From Eubacteriales bacterium (GTDB lineage: Bacteria > Bacillota > Clostridia > Oscillospirales > CAG-382), in the NCBI GenBank assembly GCA_041672465.1, contig JBAYZO010000006.1, positions 1,938 through 65,937 of the forward strand: 64,000 nucleotides of DNA, in the 5' to 3' direction. The notes under the pieces were generated by a model. That model saw nothing but the letters and a program-made list of their open reading frames with translations, searched no databases and was not told where the DNA came from. Shown here piece after piece: positions 30,503 to 38,518 of the stretch. The position numbers and the translations under genes were made by a program. Each line of letters begins with the position of its first letter. The first letter of the stretch is position 1.

Positions 30503-31981
30503 TTATCTGAATTTTTCCATGGCGTCGAAAAGATCTGTCATGACTTTCCCCTCGATCCTGTCGTAATAAGAGACAAAGTCCGAGGAAGACGCAATGTTCA
30601 TGTTTTGAATGAGCTCCCCTATACCGCCGAAATTGTAAATATAACCCAAGTCGTACACGCGGGAGGAAAAGATAATGTCAAGCATTCTTTCCGATTCCTC
30701 GTCGACAAGGTCGCGGCCTTTTAAGGTTTTGTCGTAATAGGCTTTCGTGAGTGTTTCCACCGAGTAAAAAGCCATGGCGTCGAGCACCGATGCGGTGTTC
30801 TCGGGGCTTTTGCAGTTGGCGGGGATCACCACGCAGGGGACAAGCCCCGTCGAAACAAGACAGCGGTAGCTCTCCTGCTCCGAATCAAGCAGGGGATAGG
30901 GGAGGATCCCGAAGTCAAACCCCTCCGCGCCGCGGAAACCCTTGATATCAATCAGCGCGAAAGTGGTAAACATCACTTGGTCGTTTAGGAACATGGGGCA
31001 GATATCCTGAAAAGTGCCGCAGCCTCTGTTTTTATTTGTAAGCACATCGGGCTTAAAGGCAATTTCAAACACGCGGGAAAGTATAGACTGATTTGCCTTT
31101 GATGTTATTGAAATAACAAGGTTGCCCTCGGCGTCTGTTTCCGTTATCGTGCCGCCGCAGCCGAAATAAAACGAGTGCGGGGCGTTAAACGCCACATGAA
31201 GGCCGTAGTTGTCGTGGTTATCCCAAATATTCTCGTCGGCCTTGTTTTCAGAAAAACCCTTGCTTATCTCGTAAACATGGTCGAGCGTCCAAGTTTTTTC
31301 CTCCACCATTTTATAAACGTCGCCTATGCCGTAGTCGCGGGCAAGCTTTTTGTTGAAGAACATCACCATTGTGCAGTCGTTGTCGAGAATTGAAATATCG
31401 CCTGTGGAAAAAAACAGTTTTCCGTTTATCTCAAGCCCTTCGTTGGCTTTTTGGTCCCACCAGCTCTCGGCGAGATTGAGCTGTTCAAAGTCGTGCAGGT
31501 CAAGCATATACCCGTCGCCCGCGATCTTGGCGGCGTCGTTTATCATGGGCATATAGACGTCATATGTATTCAGCCCCGCGTCAAAATTAAGCCGCAGGTC
31601 GTTTGTCACATTGTTTGACTTGTCGGCGCGGATTAAACACCCCAGCCGGCTTTCAACAAGCTGGTTTCTGTTATAGACGGCGTCGTTGATGGTTTCCTCG
31701 GTGCGCTCTTCCGAATAAATTTCAAACGATTCGTAGTATGAGTACCCGCTCCCCGGCACAAGGAAGTTAAAAATAACTCCGCCGAGGTTAAGCTGTTCGG
31801 GCTCGTAAGGTATTTCTTCGCTGACGGACGACTCGTTGCTTTCGGGTTCGCCGGGGTCGCTGATTGCCGAAGACGAATCCCCCGGTGAGGGTTCCCCGCA
31901 GGAAGACAGAAACAGCGATGCGGAAATAAGCGTTAAAACAAAAAGAACCGATAAGAGTAAACTGACCCTTCGTGAAAACAT
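30503..31981 (-). CDS. Lipoprotein, extracellular solute-binding-protein-like
   Basis: Lipobox LSSC and a Ser/Glu/Pro linker. Size and composition resemble the about-490-aa family-1 SBP-like proteins of Clostridia. No permease genes are adjacent. Confidence 0.5.
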   Translation of the reverse strand: MFSRRVSLLLSVLFVLTLISASLFLSSCGEPSPGDSSSAISDPGEPESNESSVSEEIPYEPEQLNLGGVIFNFLVPGSGYSYYESFEIYSEERTEETINDAVYNRNQLVESRLGCLIRADKSNNVTNDLRLNFDAGLNTYDVYMPMINDAAKIAGDGYMLDLHDFEQLNLAESWWDQKANEGLEINGKLFFSTGDISILDNDCTMVMFFNKKLARDYGIGDVYKMVEEKTWTLDHVYEISKGFSENKADENIWDNHDNYGLHVAFNAPHSFYFGCGGTITETDAEGNLVISITSKANQSILSRVFEIAFKPDVLTNKNRGCGTFQDICPMFLNDQVMFTTFALIDIKGFRGAEGFDFGILPYPLLDSEQESYRCLVSTGLVPCVVIPANCKSPENTASVLDAMAFYSVETLTKAYYDKTLKGRDLVDEESERMLDIIFSSRVYDLGYIYNFGGIGELIQNMNIASSSDFVSYYDRIEGKVMTDLFDAMEKFR

Positions 31982-32132
31982 ATTTCTTCCACCTTTCTTT
32001 ACATAGTCTGAACAGTTTTGGCTAAGTTTTAGGCTAAAGCCTGTTTTAACCTAAGAATACATTACACAAGGCTAAAAGTCAATGAACTTTGTTAAAAATT
32101 CCCGCCGGGCAAAAATAAAACAGACGTTCTTA

Positions 32133-32162
32133 TTGACATACGGCGATAAGATATGTTATATT
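32133..32162 (+). promoter_or_regulatory. Sigma-A promoter of the SCIFF locus
   Basis: TTGACA (32133-32138), a 17/18-nt spacer, then TGtTATATT, an extended -10. Confidence 0.55.
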
Positions 32163-32217
32163 TTATATGTAAAAAGACAAACGATAAAAGACTTAGACTT
32201 AAAAGGGGATATTATCA

Positions 32218-32379
32218 ATGAAAGTTAAGAGAATTAAAACCTTAAAGACCCGCGACTTATGCGTCAGCGCCGTAAAAGGCGGCTGCGGCGAATGCCAGAC
32301 TTCCTGCCAGTCCGCCTGCAAAACGTCCTCGGGCGTGGCTAACCAGCCCTGCGAAAACCAAAAGTCAAAGCAGCGGTAA
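32218..32379 (+). CDS. SCIFF (six-cysteines-in-forty-five) ranthipeptide precursor
   Basis: Hand translation gives MKVKRIKTLKTRDLCVSAVKGGCGECQTSCQSACKTSSGVANQPCENQKSKQR. An AAAGGGG SD lies 8 nt upstream. It sits directly upstream of the cognate radical SAM maturase. It is absent from the ORF track because it is under 60 aa. Confidence 0.9.
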   Translation: MKVKRIKTLKTRDLCVSAVKGGCGECQTSCQSACKTSSGVANQPCENQKSKQR

Positions 32380-32411
32380 AACAAGTTATGCCTTTGCACG
32401 GCAGAGCATAT

Positions 32412-32453
32412 AAAGGGCCGACGCATACGCATATGCCGAGGTCCTTTTAATTT
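32412..32453 (+). terminator. Hairpin plus T-tract between precursor and maturase genes (candidate attenuator)
   Basis: AAAGGGCC ... GGTCCTTTT outer stem (one G-U pair) with inner stem GCATA-CGCA-TATGC, followed by TTTTAATTT. Confidence 0.55.
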
Positions 32454-32470
32454 GGAGATGGATTTAACAA

Positions 32471-33958
32471 ATGATTCACATGTATAAGCTAAACGGCTAT
32501 AACATAGTCCTTGACACCTACAGCGGGAGCGTCCACAGCGTGGACGACGTCGCGTATGATATGATTTCGCTTTACCAAAGCCTTGGCGGGGGCAAAGAAG
32601 GGGAGGGGGAAATTATACGCCTGCTGACGGAAAAATACGGCGCAGGCCATGGCGTGAGCCGCGGAGAGCTTGAAGAGTGTCTTTGCGATATAAAAGAACT
32701 AATAAACGAAAAAAAGCTTTTTAGCCCCGATATTTATAAAGACCTTGCCAAAACGCGCCATAAAAGCGACAATGCCGTGAAAGCGCTCTGCCTGCATGTC
32801 GCCCACACCTGCAACTTAAACTGCGAGTACTGTTTCGCGAGTCAGGGCAAGTATAAAGGGGAGCGGGCGCTTATGACGTTTGAGGCGGGAAAGCGGGCGA
32901 TTGATTTTCTTGTGGAAAACAGTTCTTCCCGCCATAACCTTGAAGTGGATTTTTTCGGCGGAGAACCGCTTATGAACTTTGACACGGTCAAGCGCCTTGT
33001 CGGCTACGCGAGGAGTATTGAAAAGTCAAAAAACAAGAATTTTCGGTTTACCCTCACCACAAACGGGCTGCTTATCGACGACGGGGTAATCGACTTCTGC
33101 AACAGAGAAATGGACAACGTAGTGCTCAGCCTTGACGGGAGAAAAGAAGTCCACGACCGTTTCAGGAAGGATTACCGCGGCAACGGCAGCTATGAAAGAA
33201 TTCTGCCGAAGTTCCGCGAGTTTGTAAAGCGGCGGGGGGATAAAAGCTATTATATCCGCGGCACATATACGCATCTGAACACCGACTTTACAAATGATTT
33301 GTTTCATATGGCGTCCCTTGGGTTTAAGCACCTTAGCATGGAGCCCGTGGTCTGCCCGCCCGGCGATATTTACGCGCTTACAAAAGAGGATATCCCGGTA
33401 TTGTTCGGGCAATATGAGATTTTGGCAAAGGAAATGATAAAGCGGGAAAAACAGGGCAACCCCTTTACCTTCTACCACTTTACCCTTGACCTTGAGGGCG
33501 GCCCCTGCGTTTACAAACGGATAAACGGCTGCGGGTCGGGGAGCGAATACCTTGCCGTGACCCCTTGGGGCGACCTGTACCCCTGCCACCAGTTTGTGGG
33601 GGACGAAAAATTTCTTATGGGGAACATTTATGACGGGGTGACAAATACAAATTTAAGGGAAAAGTTTAAAAAAACAAGCGCGTATTCCCGCGAGGAATGC
33701 GAGAATTGCTGGGCAAAGCTTTACTGTTCCGGCGGGTGCGCGGCAAACGCCTACCACGCCACGGGGGAGATAAACGGGGTTTATGAATACGGCTGCGAAC
33801 TGTTTAAAAAGCGAATGGAATGCGCGATAATGGTAAAAGTCGCCGCCGCCGATAGCGAAAGCGATGAAATTGACGGCCGCAACACGGAAAAAAGCCATAA
33901 CCGCGGCGAGCGCAATAAAGCGGAAAGCTTTCCGGCGGGTAAAAAAGCGGGGGTTTAA
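32471..33958 (+). CDS. SCIFF radical SAM/SPASM maturase (ranthipeptide thioether synthase)
   Basis: MIHMYKLNGYNIVLDTYSGSVHSVDD N-terminus, CNLNCEYC radical SAM cluster motif, and SPASM Cys clusters (CGSGSEY...YPCHQF...CENCWAKLYCSGGC). Confidence 0.92.
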   Translation: MIHMYKLNGYNIVLDTYSGSVHSVDDVAYDMISLYQSLGGGKEGEGEIIRLLTEKYGAGHGVSRGELEECLCDIKELINEKKLFSPDIYKDLAKTRHKSDNAVKALCLHVAHTCNLNCEYCFASQGKYKGERALMTFEAGKRAIDFLVENSSSRHNLEVDFFGGEPLMNFDTVKRLVGYARSIEKSKNKNFRFTLTTNGLLIDDGVIDFCNREMDNVVLSLDGRKEVHDRFRKDYRGNGSYERILPKFREFVKRRGDKSYYIRGTYTHLNTDFTNDLFHMASLGFKHLSMEPVVCPPGDIYALTKEDIPVLFGQYEILAKEMIKREKQGNPFTFYHFTLDLEGGPCVYKRINGCGSGSEYLAVTPWGDLYPCHQFVGDEKFLMGNIYDGVTNTNLREKFKKTSAYSREECENCWAKLYCSGGCAANAYHATGEINGVYEYGCELFKKRMECAIMVKVAAADSESDEIDGRNTEKSHNRGERNKAESFPAGKKAGV

Positions 33959-33959
33959 A

Positions 33960-35318
33960 GTGGAAACGCCTATTGTGTCTTTTGTAAACGAATATATAAA
34001 AAATAAACCCTCGCGGTTTCATGTGCCGGGGCATAAGGGGAGGGTGAAGTGCGGCGGAGAGCCCTTTGATATCACCGAAGTCACGGGAGCGGGGAATCTT
34101 TACTCTTTTGAGGGAATTATCGCCGAAAGCGAAAAAATTGCCTCTCGTTTGTTTGGCTTCGGGGGGACGTTTTATTCGACCGAGGGGTCTTCCCAATGCG
34201 TCAAGGTAATGCTGTACCTCGCGAAAAAAGCCTGTCTTTCCGACGGAAGCGAGGGGGGGCGCATAATCGCCGAACGGGGGGCGCATAGGTCTCTCTTGTC
34301 CGCTCTCGCGTTCTGTAATATTGATGTAAACTGGGTTTATTCGGAAAAAACCAAGGACGGGAAGGCTGTTTTAAGTAAAGACGAGCTTATGGGCGCCGTA
34401 AACGGCTCAAAAGACAAGCCCTTTGCTTTGTTTGTCACTTCCCCCGACTACTACGGGCGCGCCCATGACATTGCAAGACTTGCGGCTTTTTGCCGCGAGA
34501 ACGGGATGTTTCTCCTTGTCGACAACGCCCACGGCGCGTATATGAGGTTTCTTTCCCCCTCCGCTCACCCGGTTTCTCTCGGCGCTTTTATGTCGAGTGA
34601 CTCCGCCCATAAGACGCTTCCCGTCTATACCGGCGGGGCGTATCTCCAGCTTTCGGTTCAGGCGAGCGCAAAAGTCTTTTACCTTGCCAAAAGCGCTATT
34701 TCGCTGTTTTGCTCCACCAGCCCGTCGTATCTCACGCTTTGCTCGCTTGACAGGTGCAACGCTTATCTTTCTGACGGCTACGCCGAAAAACTAAGCCGCC
34801 ATATTAAAGAGATTGAAGCCGTTAAACAAAAAGCCGCTGAAAAAGGCTTTTGCGTTTTGCCGTCAGACCCGCTGAGAATGGTCATAGACGCCAAAGAAAG
34901 CCGCTTTGACGGGCGTGAAATAGCGGCAATCCTTTGTAAAAATCATGTTGAAGCCGAGCTTTATGACAAAGATTCGCTTGTGCTGATGACAACCCCGGAA
35001 AACACGCCGAAAGACTTTGAAAAGCTTTTATCCGCGCTTGACTTGTGTTTAAAACTAAAAAAGAGCGGTATCGGGGAACATACGGAACCCCACCGCCCGC
35101 TAACGCCAAAAAAACAAATGACGGTAAAACAAGCGCTTGAGTCGCGGCATGAGGAAGTTATAACGGATTTGGCGCTTGGGAGAACGCTTGCCTTCCCCCC
35201 GTTTTGCGGAACCCCGGAAACGCTTGCCGCGGTAAGCGGAGAGGTTATAGACCAAAGTATAATAGACTTTTATAAAGAAAAAGGCGTAAAAAGCCTGCTC
35301 ATCGTTAAAGACCGCTGA
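33960..35318 (+). CDS. PLP-dependent Orn/Lys/Arg decarboxylase-family protein
   Basis: FHVPGHKG N-terminal motif and PLP-lysine motif SDSAHKTLP. The start is taken at GTG 33960, one nt after the maturase stop. The ATG at 33864 lies inside the maturase gene. Confidence 0.8.
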   Translation: METPIVSFVNEYIKNKPSRFHVPGHKGRVKCGGEPFDITEVTGAGNLYSFEGIIAESEKIASRLFGFGGTFYSTEGSSQCVKVMLYLAKKACLSDGSEGGRIIAERGAHRSLLSALAFCNIDVNWVYSEKTKDGKAVLSKDELMGAVNGSKDKPFALFVTSPDYYGRAHDIARLAAFCRENGMFLLVDNAHGAYMRFLSPSAHPVSLGAFMSSDSAHKTLPVYTGGAYLQLSVQASAKVFYLAKSAISLFCSTSPSYLTLCSLDRCNAYLSDGYAEKLSRHIKEIEAVKQKAAEKGFCVLPSDPLRMVIDAKESRFDGREIAAILCKNHVEAELYDKDSLVLMTTPENTPKDFEKLLSALDLCLKLKKSGIGEHTEPHRPLTPKKQMTVKQALESRHEEVITDLALGRTLAFPPFCGTPETLAAVSGEVIDQSIIDFYKEKGVKSLLIVKDR

Positions 35319-35326
35319 ATATAACA

Positions 35327-35357
35327 AAAGCCCCGGTTTAAATTTCGCCGGGGTTTT
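35327..35357 (+). terminator. Terminator between convergent decarboxylase and CDF genes
   Basis: AAAGCCCCGG-loop-CCGGGGTTTT. It overlaps the last codons of the CDF gene. Confidence 0.65.
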
Positions 35358-36255
35358 CATGTATCATAATATGTTTTACGTCGGGGAAGGCCTTTTCAAT
35401 GTCGTCGTGAAGTTCCTCGGCTATTTTATGCGCCTGCTCAAGCGAGAGGCTGCCGTCGACTTTTATTTCGGCGTCAACGTAAACGCCCTCGCCGAACACC
35501 CTTGTCCTCAGCCTGTCTATCCCGAGCACCCCGGAATGGTCAAGTATCAGCCGCTTTATCCCCTCAGAGGTATTGCTGTCGCAGGCGCGGTCGGTCAGCT
35601 TACTCACGGAGCGCCGAAAGATATCAACCGCAACCTTTACGATAACGGCGGAGATTGCAACGCTCGCCAGCGGGTCGAGCACCCTCAGCCCTAACCTCGC
35701 GCCGGCGATTCCGACAAGAGACCCCACAGAAGACAGCGCGTCAGAGCGGTGATGCCACGCGTCGGCCAAAAAAGCCGACGATTTAATTTTCTTTGCCCTT
35801 GATTTTGTATACCGATACATCCATTCCTTGATTACAATTGAAATCAGCGCCGCGGCAAGCGCCAGCTTCCCGGGAATCGGGAGGAGAGAATTGGTTTTTG
35901 TAAAGATAAGAGTTAAGCCTTTAGCGCCTATCGCGATCCCGGTTGCCGCGAGAAGCCCGGCGAGAAGAATCGACGCTATACTCTCAAGCCTGTCGTGTCC
36001 GTACATATGCTCGCTATCGGGCGCTTTTTTTGACAGCCTGACCCCTATGTAGGCGATAACGGTGGTAAACATATCAGAGGCGGAGTGAACGGCGTCGGAC
36101 ACCATCGCCCCTGAATTTGAAAATATCCCCGCGAAGAGCTTAAAGACCGAAAGGGCGAAATTAACGGCGACGGTCATTATCGTAAGCGAGTTTAAAGCTT
36201 GCTTATTTCCGTCGTCTTTATTGGGGTTAAGCTTTTTTCCCATAGTTCTAACCAC
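35338..36255 (-). CDS. Cation diffusion facilitator family transporter
   Basis: Six TM helices with HSASD and HHRSD metal-site motifs and a C-terminal cytoplasmic domain. Confidence 0.88.
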   Translation of the reverse strand: MVRTMGKKLNPNKDDGNKQALNSLTIMTVAVNFALSVFKLFAGIFSNSGAMVSDAVHSASDMFTTVIAYIGVRLSKKAPDSEHMYGHDRLESIASILLAGLLAATGIAIGAKGLTLIFTKTNSLLPIPGKLALAAALISIVIKEWMYRYTKSRAKKIKSSAFLADAWHHRSDALSSVGSLVGIAGARLGLRVLDPLASVAISAVIVKVAVDIFRRSVSKLTDRACDSNTSEGIKRLILDHSGVLGIDRLRTRVFGEGVYVDAEIKVDGSLSLEQAHKIAEELHDDIEKAFPDVKHIMIHENPGEI

Positions 36256-36308
36256 CTTTCAAACAGCGGCGGTTTTTAACCCTTATCTCCCGGCATTTCT
36301 TTACCAAT

Positions 36309-36337
36309 ATTATACAATATTACATCGCTTTTGTCAA
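36309..36337 (-). promoter_or_regulatory. Consensus sigma-A promoter of the CDF gene
   Basis: On the minus strand: TTGACA (36337-36332), a 17-nt spacer, then TATAAT (36314-36309). Confidence 0.6.
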
Positions 36338-36429
36338 TTAAAAACACTTCGGCGTTTTAAAGTAAAAGGCAAAGCGGGAAATAAAAGCGTACCTTAAATG
36401 TAAAAAAATAAAAATCTTTGTTTTGTATA

Positions 36430-36458
36430 TTGACAAGCCCGCTTTGCGGTGATAAAAT
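36430..36458 (+). promoter_or_regulatory. Sigma-A promoter of the pyr operon
   Basis: TTGACA (36430-36435), a 17-nt spacer, then TAAAAT (36453-36458). Confidence 0.6.
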
Positions 36459-36533
36459 ATAAACAATCTTTAAGCGCAGTACGTGATACTGCCAAGACGG
36501 TGACAAAAACATACGCCATTTTCTTGGTTTTAC

Positions 36534-36558
36534 GTCCTGCTTTCGCGGGGCTTTTTTT
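36534..36558 (+). terminator. Leader terminator-like hairpin upstream of pyrC (candidate attenuator)
   Basis: GTCCTGC-TTTC-GCGGGGC (two G-U pairs) followed by T7. It ends 24 nt before the pyrC ATG and is preceded by a CCAAGA...TCTTGG hairpin. Confidence 0.5.
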
Positions 36559-36581
36559 CGCGGCGGAGGGTAAAAATAAAA

Positions 36582-37775
36582 ATGAATGAAGTTTTAAAAA
36601 ATCGCCGTCGCGGCGAACCGAAAAGCGCGGCCGCATATGATTTTACAAAAATCATTGACGCTTTTAAAAAAGACAAATATTCGGAATACGTTGTTTTCCC
36701 CGGCTTCGCGGATGTTCATGTGCATCTGCGCGAGCCGGGTTTTTCTTATAAAGAAACAATCCGCACCGGGACTCTCGCCGCCGCGCGAGGGGGGTACACT
36801 TCTGTTTGCGCCATGCCCAACCTTAACCCTTTTCCCCATGACACAGAGGGGATAAAAAAACAGCTTCATATTATTAATACAAGCGCCGTCGTGGATGTAT
36901 TCCCCTACGGCACCATAACATATCGGGAAGAGGGCGAAAAGGTTTCGGACATGGAAGCTCTCGCGAAATACGCGGTGGCTTTTTCCGACGACGGCAGAGG
37001 CGTTGCCGATAAAGCTGTGATGCGCGAGGCCATGCTAAGGGCAAAAAGCCTTGGCAGAATTATCGCGTCGCACTGCGAGCTAAACCCAAAACAGCCCGGG
37101 GAAAGCGGCGGAGAAGAGGAATGGCGGCAGGTTGAGCGGGACTTAAGCCTCGCGCAAGAAACCGGCTGTAAATATCACGTCTGCCATGTCTCCACAAAAG
37201 AATCGGTCAATCTCATCCGCGGGGCAAAGAAGTCCGGGGTTGACGTCAGCTGCGAGACCGCGCCGCATTATCTTATTCTTGATAAGACTTCGCGAAAAGA
37301 CTCCGGCAGGTTTAAAATGAACCCTCCGCTTAGGACAAAGCAAGACCGCGAGGCGCTGGCGGCGGGGGTTTGCGACGGAACGGTAGATATGATAGCGACC
37401 GATCACGCCCCGCACTCGGAGGAAGAAAAATCCCGCGGGTTTAAGGACAGTCTCCCCGGCGTGACGGGGCTTGAGGTTTCGTTCCCGGCGCTTTACACTT
37501 TTCTTGTCAAAGGCGGGTTGATAACGCTTGAAAAACTTCTTGGCCTTATCACCCGCGCACCGAGAGAGCGTTTTGGGCTTAGCCAATCCCCCGATGACTT
37601 TACGGTGTTTGACCTTAATGAGAGCTTTACGATTGACCCGGGCGAATTTATCTCAAAAGGCAAATCCACGCCTTTCGAGGGGATTTCCGTGTTCGGGCGG
37701 TGCCATTTCACCCACGCAAAAGGGAAAAATGTGTGGGTTTCAAAAAGGGCGGAGGAAATTTTAAGGGGAATATGA
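36582..37775 (+). CDS. pyrC: Dihydroorotase
   Basis: DVHVHLREPG motif, carboxylated-lysine region and ATDHAPH. Confidence 0.92.
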   Translation: MNEVLKNRRRGEPKSAAAYDFTKIIDAFKKDKYSEYVVFPGFADVHVHLREPGFSYKETIRTGTLAAARGGYTSVCAMPNLNPFPHDTEGIKKQLHIINTSAVVDVFPYGTITYREEGEKVSDMEALAKYAVAFSDDGRGVADKAVMREAMLRAKSLGRIIASHCELNPKQPGESGGEEEWRQVERDLSLAQETGCKYHVCHVSTKESVNLIRGAKKSGVDVSCETAPHYLILDKTSRKDSGRFKMNPPLRTKQDREALAAGVCDGTVDMIATDHAPHSEEEKSRGFKDSLPGVTGLEVSFPALYTFLVKGGLITLEKLLGLITRAPRERFGLSQSPDDFTVFDLNESFTIDPGEFISKGKSTPFEGISVFGRCHFTHAKGKNVWVSKRAEEILRGI

Positions 37776-38518
37776 AAGAAAACACGATAGAGCAAAAGTT
37801 TGAGATAACAGAAAACCGCAAAATCGCCGATATGGTCTACGAGACTGTCCTTGTCGGCGACACTTCCCGCGTCACTTCCCCGGGGCAGTTTGTGAGCGTC
37901 TCGCTCGGGGGTTTCTTCCTGCGGAGGCCGTTTTCGGTCTGCGATAAAAGCGGCGGCCGCCTGACGCTTATATACAAAACGGTGGGGAGCGGGACAAAAT
38001 ATATGTCAAGCCTTAAAAAAGGGAGCGTTTTAAACCTCTTAACCGGGCTTGGCAACGGGTTTGAGGTGAAAAACAGCAAAGACTCTCCCCTGCTTATCGG
38101 CGGGGGGGTGGGTCTGCCGCCGCTGTATTTTTTGGCTAAATGTCTTACCGCCGAGGGAAAAGATGTGGCGCTTATAATGGGGTTCGGCAAATCAAGCGAA
38201 GTATTCTATGAAGAAAAGTTTAAGGAGTTGGGGGTAAGGGTCGCCGTTACCACGGCAGACGGTTCACGGGGGATAAAAGGTTTTGTGACAGACGCGCTCG
38301 GCCTTTTTACCGGCTACACCTATACCTATGCCTGCGGCCCCGAACAAATGTTAAAGGCGGTTTGGGAAAGTACCCGAACGGACGGCGAGTACAGCTTTGA
38401 GGAGCGAATGGGCTGCGGGTTCGGCGCCTGTATGGGGTGTTCGAGAAAAACAGTCGGCGGGTATAAAAAAGTGTGCAGCGACGGCCCGGTCTTTAAAAAG
38501 GGGGAAATCCTATGGTGA
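37772..38518 (+). CDS. pyrK: Dihydroorotate dehydrogenase B electron-transfer subunit
   Basis: FAD/NAD-binding fold (RRPFSV) and C-terminal 2Fe-2S Cys cluster CGFGACMGC...C. The start forms an ATGA overlap with the pyrC stop. Confidence 0.9.
   Translation: MKENTIEQKFEITENRKIADMVYETVLVGDTSRVTSPGQFVSVSLGGFFLRRPFSVCDKSGGRLTLIYKTVGSGTKYMSSLKKGSVLNLLTGLGNGFEVKNSKDSPLLIGGGVGLPPLYFLAKCLTAEGKDVALIMGFGKSSEVFYEEKFKELGVRVAVTTADGSRGIKGFVTDALGLFTGYTYTYACGPEQMLKAVWESTRTDGEYSFEERMGCGFGACMGCSRKTVGGYKKVCSDGPVFKKGEILW

Noticed and set aside
32199-32432. 77-aa minus-strand ORF
   Set aside because: It is antisense to the SCIFF precursor ORF, which has an SD, a promoter and a family-defining sequence.
33864-33959. 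ATG 33864 as the start of the decarboxylase-family gene
   Set aside because: It lies within the maturase coding region and adds 32 Lys/Arg/Ala-rich residues unrelated to the family. GTG 33960, right after the maturase stop, begins at the conserved VETPIV...FHVPGHKG region.
36394-36636. 80-aa minus-strand ORF in the pyr leader
   Set aside because: It overlaps the pyr promoter, the leader hairpins and the pyrC start on the opposite strand, and has no SD.
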